A DNA stretch of 63,196 nt, filler included, from Octopus bimaculoides (Eukaryota): the NCBI RefSeq assembly GCF_001194135.2. It is 6 parts of 5 records of this genome, joined end to end, with 100 filler letters (N's around TTAATTAATTAA, not from the genome) between each part and the next. Parts side by side here need not be neighbours in the genome. Positions count along the whole stretch, not along the records: positions 21,551 to 38,592 come from NC_068997.1; 5 more parts are not named here. One strand, given 5' to 3'. This document shows positions 24,501-37,236 of the stretch, piece by piece; within the stretch, counting starts at the first letter, position 1; each line of letters opens with the position of its first letter. The position numbers were made by a program, and so were the translations under genes. The notes below the pieces were generated by a model that was not told where the DNA came from, searched no databases, and saw only the letters and a list, made by a program, of their open reading frames with translations.

Positions 24501-24990
24501 TTAGGTAGGTTTGTTCAGTGTTAGATTTATTTGTGGGGATATACATGGCAGGATAGAAGGCCGTCTTTATTATCTCCCCTTGATCATTTTTCATTGTTTT
24601 TGTTTTGGTTATTTGATGACGTGTGTGGATGGACATCTGTTGGAAGATTCCGGTTGTGGGGTACTTCCAGCTCCTGTGTTTCGGGAAGATTTGAACCAGT
24701 AGCTGATTTTTCGTAACCAGTCTGGTTCTTCACTGGGGTACGCGGCCCTTGTTGATGCGGGTGAGGGACAATTCGGTTTGTATTTTGCTTTGTTATCACT
24801 GAGGCATGACGACCTTGGACGTTGACATTAGGGAACGGATCTGTTTGTTTAGGGTTAATTTTTTGAAACAGCACCGCCTCCGAGTTCTCTGAAAGAAAGA
24901 AAATTCCTCGTAACGTAGCTTCTTAAGGCTAATAGATCTGTATTCGTCTGTATTTCTTTTGTTGATTGATTTATCTCCGGGCATAGTGTT
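21551..24990 (-). mobile_element. R4/Dong-type non-LTR retrotransposon, near full length, decayed
   Basis: N-terminal NKLANVRRNI region; ORF 23362-24138 (DLNHLYYASA...WKSPGKNKIPNFW); RT motifs ITCLTTTYK, GIFQGDSL, YMNDLKLFAK, FGLDKCAK, YKYLG; TEGFIITAQDQCL...CHMC knuckle; NRPDII...IDMTVP RLE; 3' UTR runs to the spacer. Confidence 0.92.
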
Positions 24991-25444
24991 TTGTGGTGTT
25001 TATAAACTTATGAATTATTGATTCTGTCTGTGTTAGTTCGAAAAAAAAATTATTTGTTATTCTTTTTTGCTTCGTTTGTGTCACGTGCTTTCATATACGT
25101 GCATGTGTGTCCTGTAAATTACGTAGTTGTGTAAAAATTGGGATGTATGTGTAGTCCTATGGGTATTAAAATGTATACATGTTTGTGTAGACATTCGAGT
25201 GTATGCGTAATTAATCGATTTACGTACTTACTGTGTTCTTTCACTTATATTTTATAATTTTTTGTAAACTTTCCGATGTTGATTTTCAATGTGCCTTTTG
25301 CACACGTTTCACTGAGACATCATGCATGGGAGAAACTGTGCTTTATATGGCAGTAAATTTTCGTTTTGTGATTATTTTCGTTAACAGGACGCTTCCTTCA
25401 AGTCTTCCACAAGTTCCTTTATCCTATTCCACCTCATTCATTCA

Positions 25445-25445
25445 T

Positions 25446-25500
<55 letters not shown>

Positions 25501-25862
25501 CATTATTATTTTCATTAGCATCTTCTTTCGATTCTGTTTCCATTTCTTGCCGAGTGTCTTCCTGACACCTAGGGCAGAGAAATGTACTGTATACATTGGT
25601 AGGCCATTAAAATAAACACACCCGGTTGTTAATTTACAATGTCCTGTGATTGAAAAAAAAAGGGGCAGACAGAGAGAAAAAGGAAAAAATAAAAAATAAA
25701 AAGTAAGCAAATAAAATAAAAGGGGAAAAAAGAAAGAAAATTCACAGCGCTTCTGAATACGTGTGACGTACCAGTAAAGACAATCTTTTGCAGTTCTCGC
25801 ATAGATGGTAAGCTAGGGATTATTCTTAAATAATTTTCAGGTCCTTTTTTGATCATTCCAAA
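25445..25862 (-). mobile_element. R4/Dong-type 3' fragment with (TAA)n tail
   Basis: MIKKGPENYLRIIPSLPSMRELQKIVFTGTSHVFR (end of RLE ORF); homologous to 29850-30000; TTA repeats on both sides. Confidence 0.8.
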
Positions 25863-25869
25863 TGCTTCT

Positions 25870-26140
25870 ACAATTATTATTATTTTTCTTATTATTGAGT
25901 GAAAGAGCAGCGCATTCCATCAAAGTGACACAGGGGTACAAATATACGAAACCCAATATATCTATAATGACCATCCGTCTGATAAGGGTGCACCAAGTAC
26001 GCACATCACAAACATATGTGTGCGATATGGTGATCTCACCTCAATGTAAACCTTATAGGTGGGGCCCAGTTAGAATTTCCTTCAGGTCGATTAACCCATT
26101 CCACTCAAAAGGTCCCTGAATAAGGCTTATTTATGGATAT
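25870..26140 (-). mobile_element. SINE or LINE 3' tail fragment with (AAT)n tail
   Basis: Non-coding interspersed-repeat-like sequence ending at a TTA run; recognised from memory of an abundant octopus repeat and not independently duplicated in this window. Confidence 0.5.
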
Positions 26141-26899
26141 GGTCTTAGGTAGATTTGGCTACTATTTTTGAATTTATTGCTGCGTAGTCAAATATTCGTT
26201 TCGCAAAAGATGGTTTTAAGAATCGATCTCAATGCTTAGTATCTTCTACTAATGCCTTATGAGCAATATTTAGTCGGCGGAAACAGCGTAGAAACTTGTC
26301 TGAAGGACGGCCCTTGTTATTGGCCGGTGGACTTGATCTATCACCAAACTTAACAATACCACCTAGTGACTGAGTATTTTTAGAGGAATATACACTGTTA
26401 CTGGCAATTGGGACCAGATCTCTTATCGAGGGGTCGCCCCTTCTCTTCCTCTTGCTAGTTGAAGTGGTCCTTGGAAGGATCATGGCCCTTACCTTTGCTC
26501 TTCTGATTATAACATACACAGCATCAAGCAATTACATAGAGTCCCTCTTTGGCTCGTTATGGTCGTTAAAGAGTCCGTGTGTGGGTGTGTGGGTGTGTGG
26601 GTGTGTGATGACGGTTTAATGGACAAATGGAGGACAGTTCAGTATGCTGTGAGAGAAGGGAAAGGGAACAAGTGAATCGATTCCAGTATATTTTTGATAT
26701 TGTTTTATTGATTTAGAAGAAATGAAAAGCTCAGATGGCTTCATCGAGATTTGAGTTTTCAATGTAAAAACGACGTAACATATTGCTACGGTATTCTGCG
26801 CATGCGTGTTTATTTGTACCTATACGTGAATTTACGCGTTTATATGTGTATGTGTATATGTGTGTGGTATGCAAGTATTTTGCCGGACACCATCTGTGT

Positions 26900-28270
26900 A
26901 TCCTAAAGCATCCCCACTAACACATACACATATAAATACAGACATATTACTCAAGCCAAGTACATTTCTTTCCTGGATATCACTTTCTACTCTCCACACC
27001 AAACCACTCGTTGCTGCAACCACTTGGCCAATTTTCCTCACTCCACCAACCAATTATCATCACAACCTCTCCAGGAAACTTTTTTCAGACTTCAACAATA
27101 AAATCAACACTTTAGACACGACTGTACGAACATTAAACAGCTCAATCATCAGCACGCGCAACAAAAAAATTATAGACAATTTCAAAAAATATATTTCATA
27201 AAGCAACAAAAAGAAAGAAAATATAATTCCATTTATATTTCAGAAATAGCAAACCTCATAAAATCTGGAAGTTAACCTTAAATATTATATACACTAGCAA
27301 TAAACGCAACTGAAATAAAACTCGTCATCAAATGACCAAAGAAATGGAGAAAAAATATAGAAAAATAGAAACCTGGCAAACAATTGTATCAAACGTTGAA
27401 AGAAGCCCATGGATTTAACTGTGAAACACTATGTATAGTAATTAAGAGCATCAGCAGCTCATATCACACCGCATGTCACATTAACAACCTCGAAAAGGAA
27501 ACACCACTCGCATCATGTAACCATTCCTTTCCGAATATCTGCACAAAAAAGCCAAAGGAAACGAAGTAAAAATAAACGTTTTTCACATCGACCATGATTT
27601 TGATTCTTTCCTTCCATGAAACAGAAGCTAAAGAGAAATATATTAACTTAAAAATTCCAAGGCTAGAAAATGTCAGAAACATAGACCTACAAGACCTAGA
27701 GTCTGAAGGCATCACTGTACTCACCAAATTCTACAACTACTCGTACCAATAGTGCCAAGTTCCGAGAATCTGAAATAATTAAACAATTCTAAAAGCAAAC
27801 ATGAACCATAAAGGCTATCAGTCTCAAAATTTCTAGCGCACTATTTTCTCTCACAGACTCAGAGCTCTTTATTCAACGATCATACTACGCACAAACATAG
27901 CACAAGATATATGATGTCTTCGACACAAGACCATTTTCTAAAAGTGCCATTCTAACTGCCATTGACATCAGCAAAGCTTTTGACTTCATTCACTGTTGTG
28001 TGCTAATTAAAAATGAACAACTCAATAACACATTAAGGAACGATACAAAACTTTGACTGACAAACTACCTGCGCAGCAACCAAGTCTACGTAGTGTATAA
28101 GAACACTTCCAGAATCTGAAACTTCTCGAAAAGACTACCCCAGAAACCCGTCCTCTCACTCTTTCTCTCACTCTTTTTTTTTCCCAGCCTATGCGCCTAC
28201 ACGACATCCACACACTTCCACACACTTCCACAGCTTCATACGTAGACGATGCCGAGTTCATAACTTTCCA
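26900..28270 (+). mobile_element. APE-type LINE remnant (I/Jockey group), RT domain
   Basis: AILTAIDISKAFDFIH (27946-27993), LTNYLRSNQVYVVY, LPQKPVLSL (GVPQGSVLSP-like), SYVDD; heavily frameshifted. Confidence 0.7.
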
Positions 28271-29834
28271 TCATTTTCCAGGGTTGATCTGGGATAAAAC
28301 AACACCAATACTACAATTATATATTGGGGAAAAAAGGTCCTTGTTCTGGTCCTTTGTCCTGCTAAAATTAGTCAAGAAATTTCTCTTAAATTACACCCCA
28401 ACCTCTTAAAATACAGGACACATTGGATTGTCGTATAAATTTTTATGAAGACGGTTAAAAATGTCTTAGATCTTATGTCTGCTCAGTCAGAGCTAAATAA
28501 CGACAAATGAAGGTCCTCTATGTAGTCACTGAGCCTACTAGAAATAACAGCTTAGTTACTTTAATCACACGTCTTACCATCTTTAAGAAAGGAAGGCCTA
28601 ACTGAATATTGTTTAGGATGGCCGCGACTGGAATACCTCTGACGAGGGTTAACTTGGGTCTAAATAGAAGCAACAGCAACGGTAGGATCTATTGATTTGA
28701 ACGCCAACTTTTCTAACATCATCATATACATCAAGGTGCACATCAGTAGACACAAATACTTCGACATTAACACATTCATACATACACATACACACACAAT
28801 ATTAACCCCCACCCCACCGAAGTATCATCCCACACACAAATATTGCCACGTCGCACACATGCTTATTCACGCATACACAAAGAAACTCTTTCATAAACTT
28901 ATATAAATTCTTTCAAACTTACATTCATACGCACAGAGAAAAATATTCCATTACACGCGTTCACAAAACTTCTCAGTCACAAATATAAATACACCCACTC
29001 ACACATTCGCACATGCATACACGCACGCACATAGTATCTCTCTCACAAGCACACATAATTTCTCTCACATAGACATTCACGCGTATACTATTGCACATGC
29101 ACACACATACATATAACAGCACACCACCCCCACAAACATTCACCACCGCAAAACAATAAGCCTCTTTATATCATTAATACGTGCCAACGCATGCTAACAA
29201 ATAACATTTCAACCTCATTTATTGCCACATGCTTCATTACTGTCCCCTCCTTCTCCCATTCCACTCATTATCCTCTCCCACTTAATAATTTACTACCTCC
29301 TCCTACTCTTATGCTGTCTTTATCCCGCCCTCGCAAACCACGTGATATAATCCAGCCAATGCAATAAAACAATTTAAGGTGCCATTTTTTTCTTGTTATT
29401 AATTAAATGTTTATTGTTCTTTTACGTATTGTTATTTTTAATGAGATAACAGAAATAGATGTTTGTATGTAGGTTTGTATGCATGATGTACGTACGCATG
29501 GCATGNNNNNNNNNNTATATATATATTTATACATATGTACGTATGTATAGGACACATACACGCACTTTCACAAACATACATACAAATCCTCCCAAACTTA
29601 TACACATACATGCATACGTACATATATCTATATATTCGACTGTCGTGACTTTAAGTTTCACGTTGAGACGATCAACGAGGCTCAAAGGCAATCGATACTG
29701 AATAAATATAGGATTACTCTGCAGTATGTATTGAGTACCTTTACTCTCATTCATGATAACGTATGTGTGACTATGTATGTATTTATGTATGTATGTATGT
29801 ATGTATGTATGTATGTATGTATGTATGTATGTAT

Positions 29835-30130
29835 TAAGAAAATAAAGGGGAAAAAGAAATGAAAATTCACAGCGAGAATGCTCTTCTCAGTGCGTGTGAC
29901 ATACTAGTTAAGACAATCTTTTGCACTTCCCCCATAGATGGTAAGCCAGGGATCATTCTTAAATAATTTTCAGTTCCTTTTTTGATCATTCCAAGTGCTC
30001 CTACAATAATTGGTACTGCAACCGTCTTGAGATGCCACATCTTTTCGATTTCGATTAGCAAATCTTTATATTTTCTTAGCTTATCAAATTCTTTTGCCGA
30101 GATTTTATGGTCACAAGGTATGCCCATGTT
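29835..30130 (-). mobile_element. R4/Dong-type 3' fragment
   Basis: DHKISAKEFDKLRKYKDLLIEIEKMWHLKTVAVPIIVGALG (RLE end); 5' end abuts the (TAA)n tail of the next copy. Confidence 0.85.
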
Positions 30131-30139
30131 ATCATCATC

Positions 30140-30140
30140 A

Positions 30141-30213
<73 letters not shown>

Positions 30214-31263
30214 CATGTGATGAAAACTCACAGCTTATTTTCCTAGGTATTATGGAAAGTGTCAGCTGTCCACAGCCAGCACACTAAGATGACGCTTGTT
30301 TACTGGTCATGCTCCTAAAACACTGCGAAGAATTGTTGCAGTTCCAAGTAATGCCGATTTTTGTAGATATTTTACCTTTATACCTGTACCAATCTTTTTC
30401 AGCTATGTTAGTAGTTGAGTGCTGATACTTCCAAGTGCACCAATTACTATTGATATCACGTCTACCCTCCTCATTGACCACAACCTTCGTATTTCCCATT
30501 TCAAATCGTCATAGTTTATTTTTTCTTCTTCTTTCACATTGATCCTGTTCTCGCCGGGGCATGCTATGTCGGTTATCATGCACGTTCTGTCTTTTTTATT
30601 CACCACAACAATGTCCGGTTTCCGAAGCCTGGTCAGGAGATTGCTCTGGGTTATTGCATCCCACAGGATTTTGCAATTCTCATTCTCGGTGACTTCTTCT
30701 GAGGTTTTCTCATACCATGTCTTTCCTCTTTGTAGGCCGTGATTTCCACAGAGCTCCCAATGGGTCATTCTTGCCACATTGCCATGGCGTCTTTTATATT
30801 CGCGTTGTGCCAGTTTCGGGCATTCGCTAACGATGTGCTATACCGATACATTCTGCATTTGTTGCTGTCTGTAGTGTTGTCTATTCTGCACTTCATATAG
30901 TTGGTCCTTAACGCTTGTTCTTGAGCTGCGCATACGAGTGCTTCTATCTCTATCTTCAGGTTACTCCTCCTCATCCATAGCCACTGGTCCTCTGTATCCG
31001 TCTTGGAGTTCACATCTCTTGCAAACTGACCGTACATTTTTTTCCTTCCATGCTTTTTCTTTTTTGTGTGTGTTTATTTCTTGTTCAAATTTTTCTTTCA
31101 TAATACAATTTTCAGTTTTGATGACGCCAGCCTTCTTCATATGTTTCAACAATGACTCCACAGCATTTTTTATATACCACCCTGAGCTGTTTTCCATTGC
31201 TTCGATACAGCCTTGGCAACTGATCAAAACCTCTTCCACTCTTTCTTCTGGACAAGTACAGCC
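30140..31263 (-). mobile_element. R4/Dong-type LINE, second family, 3' third with (TAA)n tail
   Basis: MYGQFARD...EIEALVCAAQEQALRTNY...KCRM knuckle; ENENCKILWD...RKPDIVVVNK...DIACPGE...IVIGALG RLE; tail (TAA)n at about 30140-30213; cut by an N gap at 31266. Confidence 0.88.
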
Positions 31264-31381
31264 TANNNNNNNNNNNNNNNNNNNNNNNNNNNNNNNNNNN
31301 NNNNNNNNNNNNNNNNNNNNNNNNNNNNNNNNNNNNNNNNNNNNNNNNNNNNNNNNNNNNNNNNNNNNNNNNNNNNNNNNN

Positions 31382-31415
<34 letters not shown>

Positions 31416-31439
31416 GAGTGAGAAAGAGAGAGAGAAGAT

Positions 31440-31745
31440 ACATGGTTCGAAGGTGGCACCCTTCTTCTTAGGACTGTACTGCTTTTTCCCTTTACTCATG
31501 GGTTAAGGAATTGAATTTAGTCCAGTTTTGTGTTGAAGAACTGGAGATGAACCACTGCACACCAGTGGATTATAACAGCTACGTTCGTGAAATATGTACA
31601 AAGGACCTGTTATGCAAACAGATTAGCGGTCCTGGAAAAATTGTTGAAGTAGACGAAACAGTCTTCTCAAGACGTAAATGCAACCAAGGAAGGGTGCTTG
31701 CTACCTGAGCAGTGGGTCTACGGAGAAGTGTGTCGCGAGACCAGA
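31440..31745 (+). mobile_element. Merlin (IS1016/ISXO2-like) DNA transposase remnant
   Basis: WFEGGTLLLRTVLLF..., FCVEELEMNHCTPVDYNSYVREIC, ISGPGKIVEVDETVFSRRKCNQGR, then frameshifted PEQWVYGEVCRET, matching the GGPGKIVEIDES...RKYNRGR...QWVFG signature. Confidence 0.8.
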
Positions 31746-34700
31746 CATGCTTTGAATTTTCACTTCAAAAAATATATTGCATACATAAATTGAACTACAG
31801 TTTTATTTTTTTAATTTAACATACAATTTGTATTCTTGTTATTTTCTGCAAAAAAGAAAAAGAAAATCATTGAGGACTTTTCCTCTTTATATTGTTAACA
31901 AACCTGTTCCAATAATTCACATGGCTTTATTTCATTAAAACATACTAAACCTTTAAAACTTCTTACAAGTTTGTCATTGTAATGTTGTCATAGACAGCTA
32001 TAGTGCAAAAAATGCCAGCTTCCAAATCCTATTTTCTGATTGGGTAAAAATGATCACACTTCAAACTTCTGTAACATTTTTCTAAATTTTTCTGGAAGAA
32101 GTGAATAATAGAATCAGATTCAGCGTGAAAAATTATATCTATAAACCAAATTTTAAAATTTTAACTTAATTTTAAAATTTCCAAAATTGTGACAGCAACA
32201 GAAAAGATCTCACTAGCGACTCATCGCTATGGCTTACTAAACTGTAACCTTCTCTGTTCGAAGCAGCATATCAGTATACCATAAATCTTAGCTTTTTATT
32301 TAGTATTACAATCTAATGGTAAATCGGAAGATATTTATTGAGCTGCGAAAAGTTTGATTGAACTGAGGAGTTACACACACAAACACATATCCGCACCCCA
32401 CCCACACACACACAAACATAAAACCAACATAAGCAAACTGTTATTTCGCGCTCCAAGCCCTTCAGCGGAGTGTAAACAGATTCATGTCTTCAAGTAATGA
32501 TCAACGAATATACTGTTATTATTATGACCGACGAAGACACTCGCTAGTTTCCTCAGATTCTGAAGCCTACAAAAATAACGATATTTAGTTGTTCATGTTT
32601 AATATTATAAACGCCTTGAGCTCATGAATTGCTGTCGTATCATCGTAATAAGGAGTAATATCTTATACGTAAATCTTCAACACAAAACATACCCACATCC
32701 AGAAATAGACAAATGCATACATACATACATACATACATACATGTGTGTGTGTGTTGATAAATAATTCGAAGCATACAATATTATTGATAAGTAGATACTG
32801 GTATACAATGATAATAAATATACAATTAGAAGCATATTAACATATAAAAGGGAGGGAGAAAATCTGTCTAAACATACACGCACACACAAACAATAAAATA
32901 TAGCATGCATGTGCATGTCTGTGTGCGCGTGCATGTGCATGTCTGTGTGCACGTGCATGTGCATATAGATCCTTATATATCTGTGACAGTTTACATAACC
33001 TCTATGTTTCTTTTTGCATATATATTGGATTGTATATCTCGTGCAACACCTTGTCTCTTTCTGTGTAGCTGAAGCAGACACAAAGATGTATTTATTACGT
33101 TTATTCGTGTATCAAATTCAGAAACAAACTTTTTTCTTTTCGTTCAAGACTGAAAAATATTCTAAGTAAAGACAGAAAACATTTTCGATTGTAAGTTTTA
33201 GCATGTATCTGATTGAAACATGTATCTGTACATTTGTACACACTTTTCTTTGACATTTAGAAACAAAACGGCTATATATATTTTTTCTCTGCTTCTGAAA
33301 TTCAACATATCTCGCTTCAAATATACTTTTTCTAAACTTTACATATTCTGTCATAATATCACTGATGGTGCGACTGTTGAGTTTTGAAGTGAAAGATTAT
33401 TTTTTCTTTCATCATAGCATTTCATCATACTGTATTGTNNNNNNNNNNNNNNNNNNNNNNNNNNNNNNNNNNNNNNNNNNNNNNNNNNNNNNNNNNNNNN
33501 NNNNNNNNNNNNNNNNNNNNNNNNNNNNNNNNNNNNNNNNNNNNNNNNNNNNNNNNNNNNNNNNNNNNNNNNNNNNNNNNNNNNNNNNNNNNNNNNNNNN
33601 NNNNNNNNNNNNNNNNNNNNNNNNNNNNNNNNNNNNNNNNNNNNNNNNNNNNNNNNNNNNNNNNNNNNNNNNNNNNNNNNNNNNNNNNNNNNNNNNNNNN
33701 NNNNNNNNNNNNNNNNNNNTATATATAATTATGTGTATTTCTTCTATCTTAATGAATAAAAATTCTTCTGATAGAATAAATGGGTTAATAGAAACCAATG
33801 TAGCAAAGAACACAAAATAACTGTGGTTAGCTCCTGTTTTTAAGGCAGGAACTCCTTGAAATTTTGGGTATTTGAGTATATTTAAGAATTTAAGGATTGG
33901 AGAAAACGCATGTTATAATTGTATACTTTATTCCTACATATGTTTCAAAGGATTACAACAGTCCTGGAAATCGTTTCGGGCGCTACTTTTTACTTCTGAC
34001 TGCTGCATGCCGTATTATATTGTACCACTGTATGATACTGTATGCTATAAATATCTCTGTACTGGATAATAACAATGTAGTGTACAGTACATAATTTCAT
34101 TGCATAGTATTATATTCTGGATGGAAGAATCCTCACAAATCATGGACGCTATTCATCTTCACCCATATATTTGTAAAGTTTTAATGCAAAGATATTGCAA
34201 ACAATCTCTTACATTCTGAGTCTAATCCAAAGAGGCCCACCTACCTCTAATCTTTCATAGGTCGTGAACTAGATAAAATATGTATAACATTTCTGTAGCT
34301 TACTGTAAGCTATAGGATATTCTCTAATGCTTTAATGTACATTAATCATATATTCAACACTCAACACAATTGTCGTCTGAACAGATGAATGTTTTGACAA
34401 TGCGACGACCTCTTCTTATATCGTATTGTTATATTCACATTTGCTTTTATACACTTTGATTTGCTATCATTGAGATACTAATTTGCATATGTAAACTTCG
34501 AACGTTGATGTTGTCAATTAATTCCTGATTGTGAAGTGAAACAATATCAAATAAGTATACATATCTCGGCATAATTTACTGATATCAACTCTTTGTTTAT
34601 CTTGTCAATTTTTCTCTCTGATTTATATCTCAAGGAAGTAGATCACCTTTTCATATTTATGTCACTTAAGAAGAAAAGAAAATTATTTTTTTATTCTTTG

Positions 34701-34799
34701 GTTTTCTTTCCACGACAGAAGAGAGAAATATAGTTGCCCCTGTTTGTTTTAAATGAGTTTGAATACGGTATATAAAAAATATAAATTTGCATAATTAGC

Positions 34800-34995
34800 T
34801 TGGCGAGTCGGCAGAATCATTAGCACGCCGAGCATTTCGTTCGTCGTTACGTTACGAGTACAAATTCTGCTGAGGTCGACTTTACTATTTTTCCTTTCGG
34901 GGTTGATAAAACCAGTATCAGCTGAGCAGTAGGATCGATATAATGGAATTACCCCCTCCCCAACGTTGCTGGTCTTATGCTCTAAATTTCAACCC
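34800..34995 (+). mobile_element. tRNA-derived SINE family C
   Basis: TGGCGAGTCGGCAGAATCATTAGCACGCCG head; GAGGTCGACTTT...CCTTTCGGGGTTGATAAA core. Confidence 0.8.
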
Positions 34996-35064
34996 AATAA
35001 TTAGTTTGAGACTGCATCTTAAAGAGGCTAGAGATCACATTCTCGGTTGCTGAATTGTATATAT

Positions 35065-35235
35065 ATCTTTTTATCTTTTTACTTGTTTCAGTCATTGGAC
35101 TGCGGTCGTGCTGGGACACCGGTTTGAAAGGCCACAGTACTGGTACTTATTCTGTGACCAACGTCTCTTATGCCGAACGGTAAACAAGCCAATACCGGTT
35201 GTCAAGCGGTGGTGGAGGCAAACGCTGACACACAC
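35065..35235 (-). mobile_element. SINE family B, 3' half
   Basis: Reverse complement of the family B tail (CAGTCATTGGACTGCGG...GCCGAACGG...GGTTGTCAAGCGGTGGTGG). Confidence 0.75.
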
Positions 35236-35298
35236 ACATCTCTCTCTGTCTCTCTGTCTCTCTGTCTGTCTGTCTCTGTCTGTCTGTCTGTCTGTCTT

Positions 35299-35344
<46 letters not shown>

Positions 35345-35776
35345 CCTCTCTCTTTCTCTCTCTCTTAGCGGTTGGACAAAAGTGACCGATAGAAAAAGTA
35401 CCAGACTTAAAAATTAGTACTGGGATCGATTCATTCGATTAAAATTCTTCTCATAACTGAAACAAATAAAAGATAAACGATAAACACTGCAAATTATTTT
35501 ATGAAACCTCAAAGGATTCGGTCAGTACTCCACACCTAATAATTTTTTTTACTTTAAACACAAAGTTAACAATTTTGAAAGTAGGGATTTAATCAATTAA
35601 ATTAACTCTAGCGCTTGTTAAAATATATATACATATTAGCAACAGAGGCAGTGTTAATACCGAGGGTAATATTTATCCCCACTTCAACGTGGATGTTCTG
35701 TTAGAACAAACTATACTGCAGTAGATACCATAAGGGAAATTCTCATATTGGCTTTTGGTGCAAAATGCACTCTTCT

Positions 35777-36078
35777 TTATATCGCAAGTGGGGAGATAAA
35801 TCTCCGCTACCTCCAGCGCCGAGACTACCAGATCACGTGATTTCGATCTTGTTTGGTCATTAGTATATATTTTTTAACAAGCTTATTGGCTAATCTCGAC
35901 AGCAGCACCTTGCTTTGGAACTGTTTTTTTTTATATATCACTTGAGGGGAGATGAGTTGCTGGTATCTCTAGCGGTCGAGCTTCCATCATTGACGAGACC
36001 AAGAAAGGTCGAAATCACATGATCTTGTGATCTCAGGGCTGGTGGTACCCGAAATCTATCTCCCCGCTAGTGATATAA
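35777..36078. mobile_element. MITE-like foldback element with about 90-bp imperfect terminal inverted repeats
   Basis: 35777-35860 (TTTATATCGCAAGTGGGGAGATAAAT...GATCACGTGATTTCGATCTTGTTTGGTC) aligns to the reverse complement of about 35995-36078; AT-rich flanks. Confidence 0.65.
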
Positions 36079-37193
36079 ATAGACTGATATCTAGTCTTCC
36101 TGCTTCGGTAATATGGTCTAGTAAAGTCTAGTAGATTCCTTAATTTTTATTCCACACCACAACCTCTAGTTTGTGTGCATGCTACTTGTCTGCTACTTTC
36201 AATCTACACACTCGACTAACATCTCAATACACTCTTTTACTACATAGTCACACCTGTGCTTATACTCTTTTTGCGCTAACACACGAGCGATGGTTAATAC
36301 ATTCGTCTCCTTTTCCACAGATTCTGCGTTAGCTCTGGCTGAGTTTTATCAATAATTGCCCCTTGTCAAATTCGTTCTGATGGCTTATTTCTGGAGCTGT
36401 TAAGTTTCTTGTTTTCCGTTTTAAAATTTTCAGACACAATCAGCATTCTTTACTTCCAGCATCATCGGTTTGTTGCGTGACTTGACCATATTATTTCTTT
36501 TCATGTCATCTACTTATCCTGTCATTGTTTCGTCTGCTTCTCCTACATCTTCGATCATTTTTTTTTACATTTTGGCCACCGATAGTACATGTTCTTCACT
36601 ATGTACAACATAGGTCTTCAACTATAAAATGTAGGCCGATGCACATTGTGCATTGTGAGTGACTTCATAGTTCTTCTATCCTGTTATTCTACATTTGTCT
36701 ATTTTAGAAAAACAAAAAGCAGAGTATTCGCATGGCCCATGTATTTGTTGCTTTATATTATCTCCATTTAATTTTATTTCGAGCACCTTTATCTTATAAT
36801 CTTTGAAGACTTTCTAATTTCCCTTTCCATTAGCCTATCGCCCTGCGGCACCTCTAGTTACTTGTTTTCTATGTTATTCCATAATGATTTAATGATGTCA
36901 ACTTGTGTTAATTTTACGTCATCAGGTTTAAATTTTCGGTCTCTCTTCATGATTAAAACTGCAGAATCATTTATATCCTTGCTAAATATTCATTTTGCAT
37001 ACGGTTAGAGGTCAAGTATTTCGGTAAGTTCTTAGGCTGGCCTGGATTTTCCCAGTATTCTTGTCAGAAGGATTATTGCAATGGTGATGATGATAGTAAT
37101 GATAATGATGATCATCATCAACATCGTCATCATCCTCTTCCTCCTCCTCCTCCTCCTCCTCCTCCTTCTTGATATTGTTTTCATTATTGTAGC

Positions 37194-37194
<1 letters not shown>

Positions 37195-37236
<42 letters not shown>

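Noticed and set aside
29630-29700. Minus-strand hairpin followed by GAAAC-TTAAAGTC, resembling a hammerhead 3' half
   Set aside because: No CUGANGA-like core or stem I could be placed.
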